64,000 nt of DNA from the NCBI GenBank assembly GCA_963805625.1, contig CAWDVE010000016.1, positions 224,001 through 288,000 of the forward strand, read 5' to 3'. A program made the translations under genes and the position numbers. This DNA is from an uncultured Candidatus Rokubacteria bacterium (GTDB taxonomy: Bacteria; Methylomirabilota; Methylomirabilia; Rokubacteriales; DASRDR01). The notes beneath the pieces were generated by a model. The model was not told the DNA's origin. It ran no database searches and worked only from the letters and a program-made list of their open reading frames with translations. Below are positions 10,074-19,532 of the stretch, one piece after another. Each line of letters opens with the position of its first letter. Position 1 is the first letter of the stretch.

Positions 10074-11182
10074 CACGAATCTCCCTCGAAGAAGCCGCGG
10101 ACGGCGGCGATCACGGCGTCGATCTCGTCGGGCCGAAGCTCGGGGAAGCAGGGGAGCGAGAGCACCTCCCGGGCGGCAGCCCACGCCGCGGGGAAGGGGG
10201 TCGCGTCGTAGCCCAGGTCACGGAACAGCGGCTGCGCCGGGATGGGAAGCGGGTAGTGACAGGCGGTACCGATTCCGGCGGCCGTCAGATGCGCGGCGAG
10301 GGCGTCCCGTTGAGGTGTGCGGATGGTGTACTGGTGGAACACGTGCGTAGCGCCGGGCCGCTCCACGGGCAGGACGATGGGAAGTCCGGCGAGCCCTTCG
10401 CTGTAGCTCGCGGCGACGGCCTGTCGGGCCAGGGTCCACGCCGGCAAGTGGCGTAGCTTCACCCGGAGGATGGCCGCCTGCAGCTCGTCCAGTCGCGCGG
10501 TCCACCCGAGCTCGGCGTGACGGTACTTCTGCGTCTGCCCGTGGTTCCGGGCCAGCCGCAGGTGCGCGGCGAGCGCCGCGTCGGTCGTCGTCACCAAGCC
10601 CGCGTCGCCGTAGGCCGCGAGGTTCTTCGTGGGGTAGAAGCTGAAGGCCGCCGCCCGGCCATGCCCGCCCACGGGACGACCGCCGAGCGTCGCCCCGAAT
10701 GCCTGGGCGGCGTCTTCCACGACGTGGACCCCGTGAGCGTCCGCGAGGACCCGGAGTGGCCCCATGGCGGCCGGGAGCCCGTAGAGGTGGACTGCGAGGA
10801 TCACCCGCGTCTTGGGCGTGATGGCGGCCGCGACGCGGTCCGGATCGAGCGTGAGTGTGGCCGGCTCGACGTCGACGAAGACGGGCCGGGCCCCGAGCTC
10901 GAGCGCCGCCGTGGCGGAGGCGACGAAGGAGAAGGCGGGGGTCACCACCTCGGTGTCCGGGCCGACGCCGAGCGCCCGCAGGGTCAGCTTGATCGCGTCC
11001 GAGCCCGAGCCCAGGCCGATCGCGTGGCTCACCCCCAGGTAGGCCGCGCATTCCGTCTCGAACGCCTCGCCCTCGGGGCCCAGGATGAACTGGCCGCCGC
11101 GCAGGACGTGCCGGAGCGCCGAGTGGATCTCCGGTTCGAGCTGCTCGTACTGGCGGGTGAGGTCGAACTGGGGGATCTTCAT
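10073..11182 (-). CDS. DegT/DnrJ/EryC1/StrS PLP-dependent sugar aminotransferase
   Basis: MKIPQFDL, VHLYG, EDAAQA, SFYPTKNL (PLP lysine), RLDELQAA. Confidence 0.93.
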   Translation of the reverse strand: MKIPQFDLTRQYEQLEPEIHSALRHVLRGGQFILGPEGEAFETECAAYLGVSHAIGLGSGSDAIKLTLRALGVGPDTEVVTPAFSFVASATAALELGARPVFVDVEPATLTLDPDRVAAAITPKTRVILAVHLYGLPAAMGPLRVLADAHGVHVVEDAAQAFGATLGGRPVGGHGRAAAFSFYPTKNLAAYGDAGLVTTTDAALAAHLRLARNHGQTQKYRHAELGWTARLDELQAAILRVKLRHLPAWTLARQAVAASYSEGLAGLPIVLPVERPGATHVFHQYTIRTPQRDALAAHLTAAGIGTACHYPLPIPAQPLFRDLGYDATPFPAAWAAAREVLSLPCFPELRPDEIDAVIAAVRGFFEGDS

Positions 11183-13362
11183 TGAAAGCCGGTGAACCCC
11201 CGCCCGAAGCCGTATTGCCCCAGCTCGAGCAGGTTGATGCTGATCCGGAACTCGTCCTCGTCGACCCGGTCGATGAAGGCCGCGGTGATGGCCCAGCACT
11301 GCTCGCGGAACTCGACCTCGAGCCGGTTCTCGATGACGGTGCCGGTGTCGATGTTGTAGTCGCTCGAGAACCGGGCGGTCCAGCGCGAGCCAATCTTGGC
11401 CTCGATCGAACCCTGGATGAAGACGAGCTTTCCGTCCTCGCCGTGGCGCGTGCCGAACACCGCGCGCCAGCGCGCCGCCTCGTAGGAGAAGTCGGTCGTG
11501 GCGGTCGTAACGTTGTACTCGTAGGGGTCGAAGGACGCCGTTCCGCGGAAGCGGACGCCGTACACGGGCTCGAGGATCAGGTCTGCGAGGAGATCCGAGA
11601 GCCGCTTCGCCGTGACGGTCGTGGTCGTCGTGGGTGTCGCGGTCGACGTCGTGGGCGTCCCGAAGACCGTCGTCGAGATCGGGTTGGGCTCGATCGTGTA
11701 GGTCTGGCTGAGGGTGAAGCGGATGACCTCCCACACGCGCCCCGGGCTGTCGTCCTGGCCGACGGCGCGCGCCTTGAGCCGGTTCGTCAGGGAGTAGTTG
11801 ACCGTGTTGCCCGGCGTGATGGTATCGATCCCGTCCCACTGGGGCAGGTCCTTCGAGTCGTTCCCGTCCAGGAAGTTGTAGGTCACGCGTGGCTCGATCA
11901 GGTGCTGGAGCTTCTGGATGCCGAAGGCCCCGTCGAGGTCGAACACGCGTTGCGCGCGTGCGTCGAAGTCGGCGCCCGCCTCGAAGAGCGAACGCACGGT
12001 GAATTTCTTCTCCGTGTCCTCGACGACGAACCCCTGGACCTCCTTGGTGCCGATGACCCGCGTGTCGTACATGGTCTCGCGAAAGCCGACTCGCGGCGTG
12101 ATCGTGAAGAGGCCCCCGGGCGACAGGGGATAGGACACGCGGGGCGTCACGTCGAGGCGCTGGCCCGCGGAGCCGATATCGCGCACGAAGTTGTTGTAGG
12201 AGCTGTCCATCTCGAAGAGGAGCCCGGGCAGCCAGGGCACGGGTTGCTGGAAGGCGTTGAGCCGCAGCTCGGGGAGGCGCTGCAGCTCGATCGACTCGTC
12301 GGTCGTGAGGTCCTGGTAGAAGAAGAGCCGGCCGAAGAAGTTCCACTTTTCCCAGCGCTGGGTGAGCGAGACGTTCGACTCGAGGCGCTGCGCGCCCCGC
12401 TGGTCGAGGCTGTCCCCGAACTCGCTGAGGAACTGGTCGTCGCTGACCCGGGCGACGTCCGCCTTGAGGACCAGCCGCGGGGTGATCACCTCCTCGTGCC
12501 GGAGGCTCGCCACCCACCGGTCGGGGCCATGGTCCGGCGACTCCTCGTCGTCGTGGAGGTAGAAGCCGTCGATCTCGCCCCTGGAGCCCTCCTTTCGGAC
12601 GTAGCGGTATGTCGCGCCGAGCCCGAACCCGCGCTTCTCGAAGTAGGTCGGCGACAGCGTGAGATCCTGGCTGTCGGACAGCACGAAGTAGATCGGCTGG
12701 CGGACGGAGAAGCCCTTGTCGGTGCTGGTCCCGAAGGTCGGCGTGAGGAGTCCGCTGTGGCGGTCCTTGCGCAGGCTCGTCGCGAAGAAGGGGATGAAGG
12801 GGACGAGCGGGATCTTCCAGACCCAGAACGAGGCGTTGGTTCCCCACATGTAGTCGTCGAGATAGGCGGTAGCCGAGCCGAGACGGACGGACCACGCCGG
12901 GGTCTCTTCCTCGCACGTCGTGAAGACCCCCCCCGCGATGCGATAGGCCTTGTCCCCGAACCGCTCCATGCGGTTCCCGCCGAAGAAGAAGTGCGGCTCG
13001 GCGGCGGCCGCTGCCTTGTACACGACGCCGGTGCCCGACCGGAGGTTGTACTCGATGCGCTCGCCGGTGAGCCGGTCGCGCCCGTCGAACAGGACCACGC
13101 GGCCGGTCGCGACGGCCTCGCTGGTCTCCGTGTTGATCTCCACGCGGTCGGCCTCGAGGCGCACGTCCCCCTGCTCGATCTGGACGTTCCCCTCGGCGAG
13201 GAGGAGCTTCTCGCGGTCCAGATTCTCGACACGGTCCGCGTACACGGTGACCGGGGTGCCGGCCTCGAGGGAGAGCCGCTGCCGCTCCTGACCCCGGGCG
13301 AGACTCGGAAGGAGGGCGAGCCACGCGACCACCATGAACCAGACGAAACGCGGTACGGGCAC
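11179..13362 (-). CDS. lptD: LPS assembly protein LptD
   Basis: Signal peptide, OstA-like N-terminal domain (AEGNV..ADRV), FTTC, SGLLTP, C-terminal barrel with QCW; GGGGAGG RBS before GTG 13362. Confidence 0.88.
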   Translation of the reverse strand: MPVPRFVWFMVVAWLALLPSLARGQERQRLSLEAGTPVTVYADRVENLDREKLLLAEGNVQIEQGDVRLEADRVEINTETSEAVATGRVVLFDGRDRLTGERIEYNLRSGTGVVYKAAAAAEPHFFFGGNRMERFGDKAYRIAGGVFTTCEEETPAWSVRLGSATAYLDDYMWGTNASFWVWKIPLVPFIPFFATSLRKDRHSGLLTPTFGTSTDKGFSVRQPIYFVLSDSQDLTLSPTYFEKRGFGLGATYRYVRKEGSRGEIDGFYLHDDEESPDHGPDRWVASLRHEEVITPRLVLKADVARVSDDQFLSEFGDSLDQRGAQRLESNVSLTQRWEKWNFFGRLFFYQDLTTDESIELQRLPELRLNAFQQPVPWLPGLLFEMDSSYNNFVRDIGSAGQRLDVTPRVSYPLSPGGLFTITPRVGFRETMYDTRVIGTKEVQGFVVEDTEKKFTVRSLFEAGADFDARAQRVFDLDGAFGIQKLQHLIEPRVTYNFLDGNDSKDLPQWDGIDTITPGNTVNYSLTNRLKARAVGQDDSPGRVWEVIRFTLSQTYTIEPNPISTTVFGTPTTSTATPTTTTTVTAKRLSDLLADLILEPVYGVRFRGTASFDPYEYNVTTATTDFSYEAARWRAVFGTRHGEDGKLVFIQGSIEAKIGSRWTARFSSDYNIDTGTVIENRLEVEFREQCWAITAAFIDRVDEDEFRISINLLELGQYGFGRGFTGFQ

Positions 13363-13449
13363 GGACCTCCCCCTCGACGAAGTGGCCCGCTCTCTGGGGC
13401 CGTCAGACGCGTCCACCGTCGAAGTGACGCGGAGTTAGGGAACGCGGGC

Positions 13450-13478
13450 ATCCTATCAGAGGCCCTGCGAGGACGCAA
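13450..13478 (-). promoter_or_regulatory. Putative sigma70 promoter of the lptD-glycan operon
   Basis: Minus strand TTGCGT-N17-TAGGAT with extended TG motif. Confidence 0.55.
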
Positions 13479-13610
13479 TCTTTGGAACGCTGTTCGGCGT
13501 CCGGAAGAGGCCCGCAGGAAGCCGACAATCCGCTCACTTGCGCGGGCTCGTAGAGGGGAGGTGAGTGGAGCACGGGCCGGTGCCGGATGCGACGAGAAAA
13601 GGGGAGTCTG

Positions 13611-13958
13611 ATGAGACCTCGATGGTTGATCCGAGCGGGCGTGACCCTCGTGCTGGCGCGTGGGCTCGCGGCGCCCGCGCTCCCGCAGGGCGGAGTCGTG
13701 GCGAGCGCCGTGATCCGCGTGTTCCAGTTCCAGCCTGGGGCCCTCGCGGTGCGCCTCGGCACCCGCGTCACCTGGACGAATGAGGACGACATCATCCACA
13801 CGGTGACCTCGGGCCTGCCCGGAAGCCCGGACGGGCGGTTCGACGTCCGCCTTGGGGGCAAGGGGACGAGCGGCAGCGCGAGCTTCTCCGAGCCCGGGGT
13901 CTACCCGTACTTCTGTGCGCGGCACCAGTCCATGCGGGGTGAGGTCCTCGTGCGCTAG
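13611..13958 (+). CDS. Exported cupredoxin (plastocyanin/amicyanin-like)
   Basis: Signal peptide; VTWTNED..HTVT and YFCARHQSMRG type-1 Cu ligands. Confidence 0.9.
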   Translation: MRPRWLIRAGVTLVLARGLAAPALPQGGVVASAVIRVFQFQPGALAVRLGTRVTWTNEDDIIHTVTSGLPGSPDGRFDVRLGGKGTSGSASFSEPGVYPYFCARHQSMRGEVLVR

Positions 13959-14551
13959 CGCCGGTCAGGCGGAGTCGCGAGGGCGGCGCGAAGCGCGCGG
14001 ATCTGCGCCCGGTGGTCGAGGAAGTGGAGCCGCTGGACCAGCGCGTACTCCTGCCACGTGAGCTCGGCCGCGAAGATGTCGGGTGCGCCTCCCGCCTCCG
14101 GCGCGCTCACGACGAGGACGGCGGGAGCGGTGACGGTGCTCGGCTCACCGGGGCCAGGATGCTCTGCCGCGGCCAGCGCCGCGTCCAGCGCGGTGCTGGC
14201 CTCCCGTAGGCCCTCGACCAGCTCCGTCCACGGCACGCGATGGGCGGCCCCGGAGAGCAGCGCCTCGTAGACGGGCGGTCCCGGGGGCCGGCGGCCCGCG
14301 CGGAGGTGACGGAGCTCCTCCGCCGCGCGCACGGTGGACTGGGCGACGTGGTCGACGACCTGGGCCACCGTCCATTCGCCCGGATGCACCGCGGTTCTCG
14401 CGTCCCGCTCCTCGAGACCCGCCAGCGCCGTCGCGAGCTCGGCTGCGGCCGAGCTGACGCGCGCCCGGAGCCGCGGCACGTCGAGCGCGGCGGCGCGGGT
14501 CCGGATGTAGTCGAGCAAGCGGGCTCGCTCGGCCCACGCGGCCTCAGCCAT
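13955..14551 (-). CDS. DinB/YfiT family protein
   Basis: GEWTVAQVVDHV and HFLDHRAQI motifs. Confidence 0.8.
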   Translation of the reverse strand: MAEAAWAERARLLDYIRTRAAALDVPRLRARVSSAAAELATALAGLEERDARTAVHPGEWTVAQVVDHVAQSTVRAAEELRHLRAGRRPPGPPVYEALLSGAAHRVPWTELVEGLREASTALDAALAAAEHPGPGEPSTVTAPAVLVVSAPEAGGAPDIFAAELTWQEYALVQRLHFLDHRAQIRALRAALATPPDRR

Positions 14552-15176
14552 GGCGATTCTCCCGGTCGTCCGACCGTCCCGCCGCCCCGAGATAGGCGCC
14601 GAGCGCCTCCTCGGCGAGGCGCACGGCACGGCCGAGCGGCATCAGGTCGGGATCGAAGGTGAGCTGGAGCGAGAGCCCGTCGACGAGCGCGAGGATCACC
14701 GCCGCGGCCTCGTCGGGCACGACCTTGCGGAAGGCGCCGGCCGCCGTCCCCTCCGCGACGCTCGCCGCGAGGAACCGTCGGGCGCGCGTGTACGCGTGCC
14801 GGTTCAGGCGCGCCAGATCCGGGTCGTGGAGCGCCTCGCCCCAGAGCTCGATGTACACCGTCCAGAAATCCCGGCTCTCCGTCGCCACCTTGAGACACGT
14901 GCGGAGCAGAGCGCGCAGGCGTCCGCGGGCGTCGTGGACGCCGCGGGCCTCCGTCGCCACGCGGCGGTCGAGGTCGGCGATGATGGTGGCGGCCGCGCGG
15001 CCGAGGATGGCGTGCTTGTCCCGGAAGTAGTAGTGGAGGATTCCCGGGCTCACGCCGGCCTCCGCCGCGATCCGCTTCATCGTGAGGTCGGCGTAACCGT
15101 CGCGCGCCAGGCAGCGGATCGTCGCGCGGACGATTGCCGCACGGCGCTCGGGGGCGACCTTGGGACGCGGGCTCAT
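14544..15176 (-). CDS. TetR family regulator (BetI-like C-terminus)
   Basis: HTH TMKRIAAEAGVSPGILHYYFRDK; ALVDGL motif. Confidence 0.92.
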   Translation of the reverse strand: MSPRPKVAPERRAAIVRATIRCLARDGYADLTMKRIAAEAGVSPGILHYYFRDKHAILGRAAATIIADLDRRVATEARGVHDARGRLRALLRTCLKVATESRDFWTVYIELWGEALHDPDLARLNRHAYTRARRFLAASVAEGTAAGAFRKVVPDEAAAVILALVDGLSLQLTFDPDLMPLGRAVRLAEEALGAYLGAAGRSDDRENRHG

Positions 15177-15197
15177 ATTGGGGGCCGGAGGCTCATA

Positions 15198-15217
15198 TAG
15201 GTTGGTCGACCAATCTA
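15198..15217. promoter_or_regulatory. Palindromic operator, likely TetR autoregulatory site
   Basis: TAGGTTGGTCGACCAATCTA with perfect 12-bp core TTGGTCGACCAA, downstream of a minus-strand TTGACG-N17-CAGAAT promoter-like element. Confidence 0.7.
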
Positions 15218-15322
15218 CTAGTTGAGCTGTCATTCTGACGGGGCGGGCCTGCACCGTCAATCCCTCCGCGGCGTCCGGGACCTCGGCCCGCGCGGGCGGC
15301 GGGCGAGGCTATACTGGTCGTC

Positions 15323-16525
15323 GTGACGCCGCTCGCGGGACTGGCCGTGCTCGACCTCACGCAGAACGTGGCCGGGCCGTACTGCACCCAGATCCTCGGC
15401 GACCTGGGGGCCGACGTGGTCAAGGTCGAGCGGCCGGGCCGCGGCGACGAGACGCGCGCGTGGGCGCCGCCCATTTGGGGGTCCGAGGGCGCGCTCTTCC
15501 TCGCGTTCAATCGGAACAAGCGGAGCCTCGCCCTCGACGTGAAGGCGCCCGCGGCGCGGCCGGTGATCGAGCGGCTCGTCCGCCGGTCGGACGTGCTCGT
15601 GCAGAGCTTCCGGCCCGGGAATGCCGACGCACTCGGCTTCGGCGTGGCCGAGGCGCGCACCCTCAACCCCCGGCTCGTCTACTGCTCGGTGACCGCGTTC
15701 GGCACCCGCGGCCCCCTGCGCGAGCACCCGGGCTACGATCCGATGATGCAGGGCTACAGCGGCTTCATGCGGCTCACGGGGCACCCGGGCCAGGCGCCCG
15801 TGCGCGCCGGCACCTCGATGGTCGACATGGGGACGGGGATGTGGGCGGCGCTCGCCGTCGTGGCGGCGCTCCGGGAGCGGGACCGTACGGGCGAGGGCGC
15901 GGAGGTCACCACCGCGCTCTTCGACACCGCGCTCGGGTGGATCCCGTACCAGCTCATGGGCTATCTGGCGACCGGCGAGGTGCCTCAGCCCCAGGGCTCG
16001 GGGGCGGCGATGATCGTTCCCTACCAGGCGTTCCCGACGGCCGACGGCTGGCTGATGATCACCACGCCGACGGACGCGCTCTTCGGGCGGCTCGCTGAGG
16101 CGCTGGGTCAGCCCGAGCTCGCGGCCGACCCGCGCTACCGCACGAACCCCGACCGCGTGCGGCACCGCGTGACGCTCGTGCCGGCGCTAGAGGCGTTGAC
16201 CCGCCCGTGGCCAACGGCGGCGCTCCTCGAGAGGCTCCGCGCCGCCGGGGTCACCGCGGCGCCGGTGCAGACCGTCGATCAGGTGGTGGCGGATCCCCAG
16301 ACGAAGGCGAGCGAGATGCTCGTGCCCACGCCCCGCCCCGACATCCCCGACCTCAGGACGGTCGCGCTCCCCGTGCGGTTCGGGGAGGAGCGCCCGGCGC
16401 CCCGCCGGCCCCCGCCGCGCGTGGGCGAGCACACCATCGACCTTCTCGGCGAGCTCGGGTTCGGCGCCCTCGAGATGGGGGAGCTTCGCGCCCAGGGCGT
16501 CGTGGACTGGCCGCTTCCAGAGTGA
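15323..16525 (+). CDS. CaiB/BaiF family III CoA transferase
   Basis: VLDLTQNVAGPYCTQILGDLGADVVKVE, NRNKRS, GYD catalytic Asp. Confidence 0.93.
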   Translation: MTPLAGLAVLDLTQNVAGPYCTQILGDLGADVVKVERPGRGDETRAWAPPIWGSEGALFLAFNRNKRSLALDVKAPAARPVIERLVRRSDVLVQSFRPGNADALGFGVAEARTLNPRLVYCSVTAFGTRGPLREHPGYDPMMQGYSGFMRLTGHPGQAPVRAGTSMVDMGTGMWAALAVVAALRERDRTGEGAEVTTALFDTALGWIPYQLMGYLATGEVPQPQGSGAAMIVPYQAFPTADGWLMITTPTDALFGRLAEALGQPELAADPRYRTNPDRVRHRVTLVPALEALTRPWPTAALLERLRAAGVTAAPVQTVDQVVADPQTKASEMLVPTPRPDIPDLRTVALPVRFGEERPAPRRPPPRVGEHTIDLLGELGFGALEMGELRAQGVVDWPLPE

Positions 16526-16539
16526 ATGGCCGCGCGCCC

Positions 16540-17337
16540 GTGACCGAACCAGTCTTCCGCACGCTCCGGCTCGAGCGGTCGGCGGACGGGCACGTCCTCA
16601 CGGTCCTGCTCCACCGTCCCGAGTTCCTGAACGCGATGAACACCGCGATGGGCGAGGACCTCCTCGCCTGCTTCCGGGGCCCGGCCGCGGCCCGCGACGT
16701 GCGCGCGGTGGTCTTCGCCGGGTCGGGGGACCGCGCCTTCTGCGTCGGCGGCGACCTGAAGGAGCGCGAGGGCATGTCGGACGAGGTCTGGCGGGCCCAG
16801 CACGTGATCTTCGAGCAGGCGGCGATGGCGATCCTCCGCTGCCCGCCGCCCGTCATCGCCGCCGTGGAGGGCTTCGCGTTCGGCGGCGGGTGGGAGCTCG
16901 CCCTCCTCGCGGACTTCATCGTCGCGAGCGAGAGCGCGGCGTTCGCGTTGCCGGAGGTCACCCGCGGGATCTTTCCGGGTGTCGGCGGGACACAGCTCCT
17001 CCCCCGGATCGTGGGCGCGCCGCTGGCGAAGGAGCTGATCTTCACGGGCCGGCGCGTGGAGGCCGCCGAGGCGCGGGCGGTCGGGCTCGTGAATCATCTC
17101 GTCCCGCGCGGCCAGGCGCGGGCGAAGGCGGCCGAGCTCGCGGCCGCGATCGCCGAGAACGGGCCGGTGGCGGTGCGCCAGGCGAAGAAGGCGATCGCCT
17201 GGGGGAGCGAGACCGACCTCGAGACCGGGATGGTGCTGGCCATCGAGGCGTACAACGCCACCGTCGTCACCGAGGACCGCGTCGAGGGGGTGCGCGCGTT
17301 CAACGAGCGCCGGAAGCCCCGCTTCCAGGGGCGCTGA
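16540..17337 (+). CDS. Enoyl-CoA hydratase/isomerase
   Basis: AFCVGGDL, AFGGGWEL, LPEVTRG. Confidence 0.9.
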   Translation: MTEPVFRTLRLERSADGHVLTVLLHRPEFLNAMNTAMGEDLLACFRGPAAARDVRAVVFAGSGDRAFCVGGDLKEREGMSDEVWRAQHVIFEQAAMAILRCPPPVIAAVEGFAFGGGWELALLADFIVASESAAFALPEVTRGIFPGVGGTQLLPRIVGAPLAKELIFTGRRVEAAEARAVGLVNHLVPRGQARAKAAELAAAIAENGPVAVRQAKKAIAWGSETDLETGMVLAIEAYNATVVTEDRVEGVRAFNERRKPRFQGR

Positions 17338-17347
17338 GGGCCGAGCC

Positions 17348-18514
17348 ATGGCGTCCATGCCCGTGACCCTGACCGACGAGCAGCGCGCGCTGAAGGCCGG
17401 CGTGGCCGAGATCTGCAAGCGCTATCCGGGCGAGTACTGGCGGCAGCTCGACCAGGAGCGTGCCTACCCCGAGGCGTTCGTCACGGAGCTCACCCGCGCG
17501 GGCTACCTGGGGGCGCTGGTCCCCCAGGAGTACGGGGGCGCCGGCCTCGGCATCCTCGAGGGTGGGCTGATCCTCGAGACCATCAACGCCTGCGGCGGCA
17601 ACGCCGCCGCGTGCCACGCCCAGATGTACATCATGGGGACCGTGCTCCGGCACGGCTCGGAGGCCCAGAAGCGACGCTATCTACCGAAGATCGCGTCCGG
17701 CGAGCTCCGGCTGCAGGCCTTCGGCGTGACGGAGCCGAACTCGGGCTCGGATACGACGAAGCTCCAGACGACGGCGGTCCGGCAGGGCGACCGCTACGTC
17801 GTGAACGGCCAGAAGATCTTCATCTCGCGGGTGCTCCAGTCGGACCTGATGCTGCTCCTCGCCCGGACGACGCCCGTCGATCAGGTGAAACGAAGGACGG
17901 ACGGGCTGTCAGTCTTCCTGTTCGATCTCCGCCAGGTGCAGGGGCTCGAGGTCCGGCCGCTCCGCATGATGATGAACCACTCCACGAACGCGCTCTTCTT
18001 CGACCACATGGAGATCCCCGCCGAGAGCCTTATCGGCGAGGAGGGGCGGGGCTTCGCCTACATCCTCGACGGCATGAACGCCGAACGCATTCTGGTCGCC
18101 TCCGACTCCATCGGCGACGGGCGCTGGTTCGTCGAGAAGGCGGTTGCCTACTCGAACCAGCGCGTGATCTTCGGGCGGCCCATCGGGGCGAACCAGGGCG
18201 TCCAGTTCCCGATCGCGAAGGCCCACATGGCCGTCGAGGCGGCGGAGCTGATGCGGAACAAGGCGGCCGCCCTCTTCGACGCCGGGGAACCGTGCGGCCC
18301 CGAGGCCAACATGGCGAAGTACCTCGCGGCCGAAGCCGCGTGGGACGCCGCCAACGCCTGCGTTGACTGCCACGGGGGCTACGGGTTCGCCGAGGAGTAC
18401 GACGTGGAGCGGAAGTTCCGTGAGGCGCGCCTCTACAAGACGGCGCCGGTGAACCAGAATCTCGTCATGGCCTACGTGGCCGAGCACGTCCTCGGCCTGC
18501 CGCGCTCGTACTGA
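17348..18514 (+). CDS. Acyl-CoA dehydrogenase
   Basis: VTEPNSGSD, NGQKIFIS, RVIFGRPIG, HGGYGF. Confidence 0.93.
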   Translation: MASMPVTLTDEQRALKAGVAEICKRYPGEYWRQLDQERAYPEAFVTELTRAGYLGALVPQEYGGAGLGILEGGLILETINACGGNAAACHAQMYIMGTVLRHGSEAQKRRYLPKIASGELRLQAFGVTEPNSGSDTTKLQTTAVRQGDRYVVNGQKIFISRVLQSDLMLLLARTTPVDQVKRRTDGLSVFLFDLRQVQGLEVRPLRMMMNHSTNALFFDHMEIPAESLIGEEGRGFAYILDGMNAERILVASDSIGDGRWFVEKAVAYSNQRVIFGRPIGANQGVQFPIAKAHMAVEAAELMRNKAAALFDAGEPCGPEANMAKYLAAEAAWDAANACVDCHGGYGFAEEYDVERKFREARLYKTAPVNQNLVMAYVAEHVLGLPRSY

Positions 18515-18580
18515 GGCGGGCGTGCGCCAGCGTGTGATGACGGCCACGCGCCACTGGCTTCTCCCGGAGGAGTGGACCCC

Positions 18581-19519
18581 ATGACCCTGGCGCCGATCGA
18601 CCGCGTGAGCGTCACCACCGTCGTCGACAACTCGGTGGACATCCTGCGCTCCGACGAGAAGGTGGCACGGCGCTGGAGTGTGCCGCGGGCGCGGAAGATC
18701 GCCGACCTGCGGGCGGAGCATGGCCTCGCCCATCACGTCGAGGTCGCGCGTGGGCGCGAGACGGCCCGGATCGCGTTCGACTTCGGGCTCACCGCCGCGT
18801 CCATGACCCACAACTTCCGGGAGCTCGGCCTCGACGCGGCCGCGATCGACGCGCTCGCGCTGAGCCACGGCCACTCCGACCACTTCGGAGGCCTCCTCGG
18901 CTTCCTGTCCGCGTACCGGCGCCGGATGCGGCCGGGGCTCCCCTTCTACGGGCACCCGAACCACTACGTCGGCCGCTGGAGCGAGCGAGACGGGGACCGC
19001 GTCTCACTCGGGCGCCTCGACCGCGGCGACGTCGCGCGCTGGGACGTCGACGTGGTCGACGTCGCGGAGCCGGTCGTCCTGACGGAGGGCGTGCTCCTCT
19101 CCGGGGAGATGCATGCGACCGAGCCGTACGAGGCGATCCCGCCGTCGCTCCGGATGGAGCAGGACGGCACGCTCGTCCAGGACACCTTCATTGGGGAGCA
19201 GACGCTGGTCGCCCACGTCCGGGACCGGGGCCTGGTCGTGGTGACCTCGTGCTCCCATCGCGGGATCGTCGGCATCTGCCGGAACGCGATGCGCGTGAGC
19301 CGTGTCCCGAAGATCCATGCCGTGCTCGGCGGCTTCCACCTATCCGGTCTCGACGCCGAGCGGATCGACCGGGTGGTCGAGACGTTGCGAGGTTTCGAGG
19401 TCGACTACCTCGTACCCCAGCACTGCACCGGGTTCGAGGCGTTCGTCCAGCTCGCCCAGCGGATGGGGAAGGAGCTGGTCGTGAGCTCCACCGGCTCGAC
19501 GTTCACGTTCGGGGCGTAG
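18581..19519 (+). CDS. MBL-fold metallo-hydrolase (DHPS-like MBL subgroup)
   Basis: AEHGL, LSHGHSDHFGG, SCSH.G, GGFH, HCTG. Confidence 0.85.
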   Translation: MTLAPIDRVSVTTVVDNSVDILRSDEKVARRWSVPRARKIADLRAEHGLAHHVEVARGRETARIAFDFGLTAASMTHNFRELGLDAAAIDALALSHGHSDHFGGLLGFLSAYRRRMRPGLPFYGHPNHYVGRWSERDGDRVSLGRLDRGDVARWDVDVVDVAEPVVLTEGVLLSGEMHATEPYEAIPPSLRMEQDGTLVQDTFIGEQTLVAHVRDRGLVVVTSCSHRGIVGICRNAMRVSRVPKIHAVLGGFHLSGLDAERIDRVVETLRGFEVDYLVPQHCTGFEAFVQLAQRMGKELVVSSTGSTFTFGA

Positions 19520-19532
19520 GGTCGCAGGCGCG

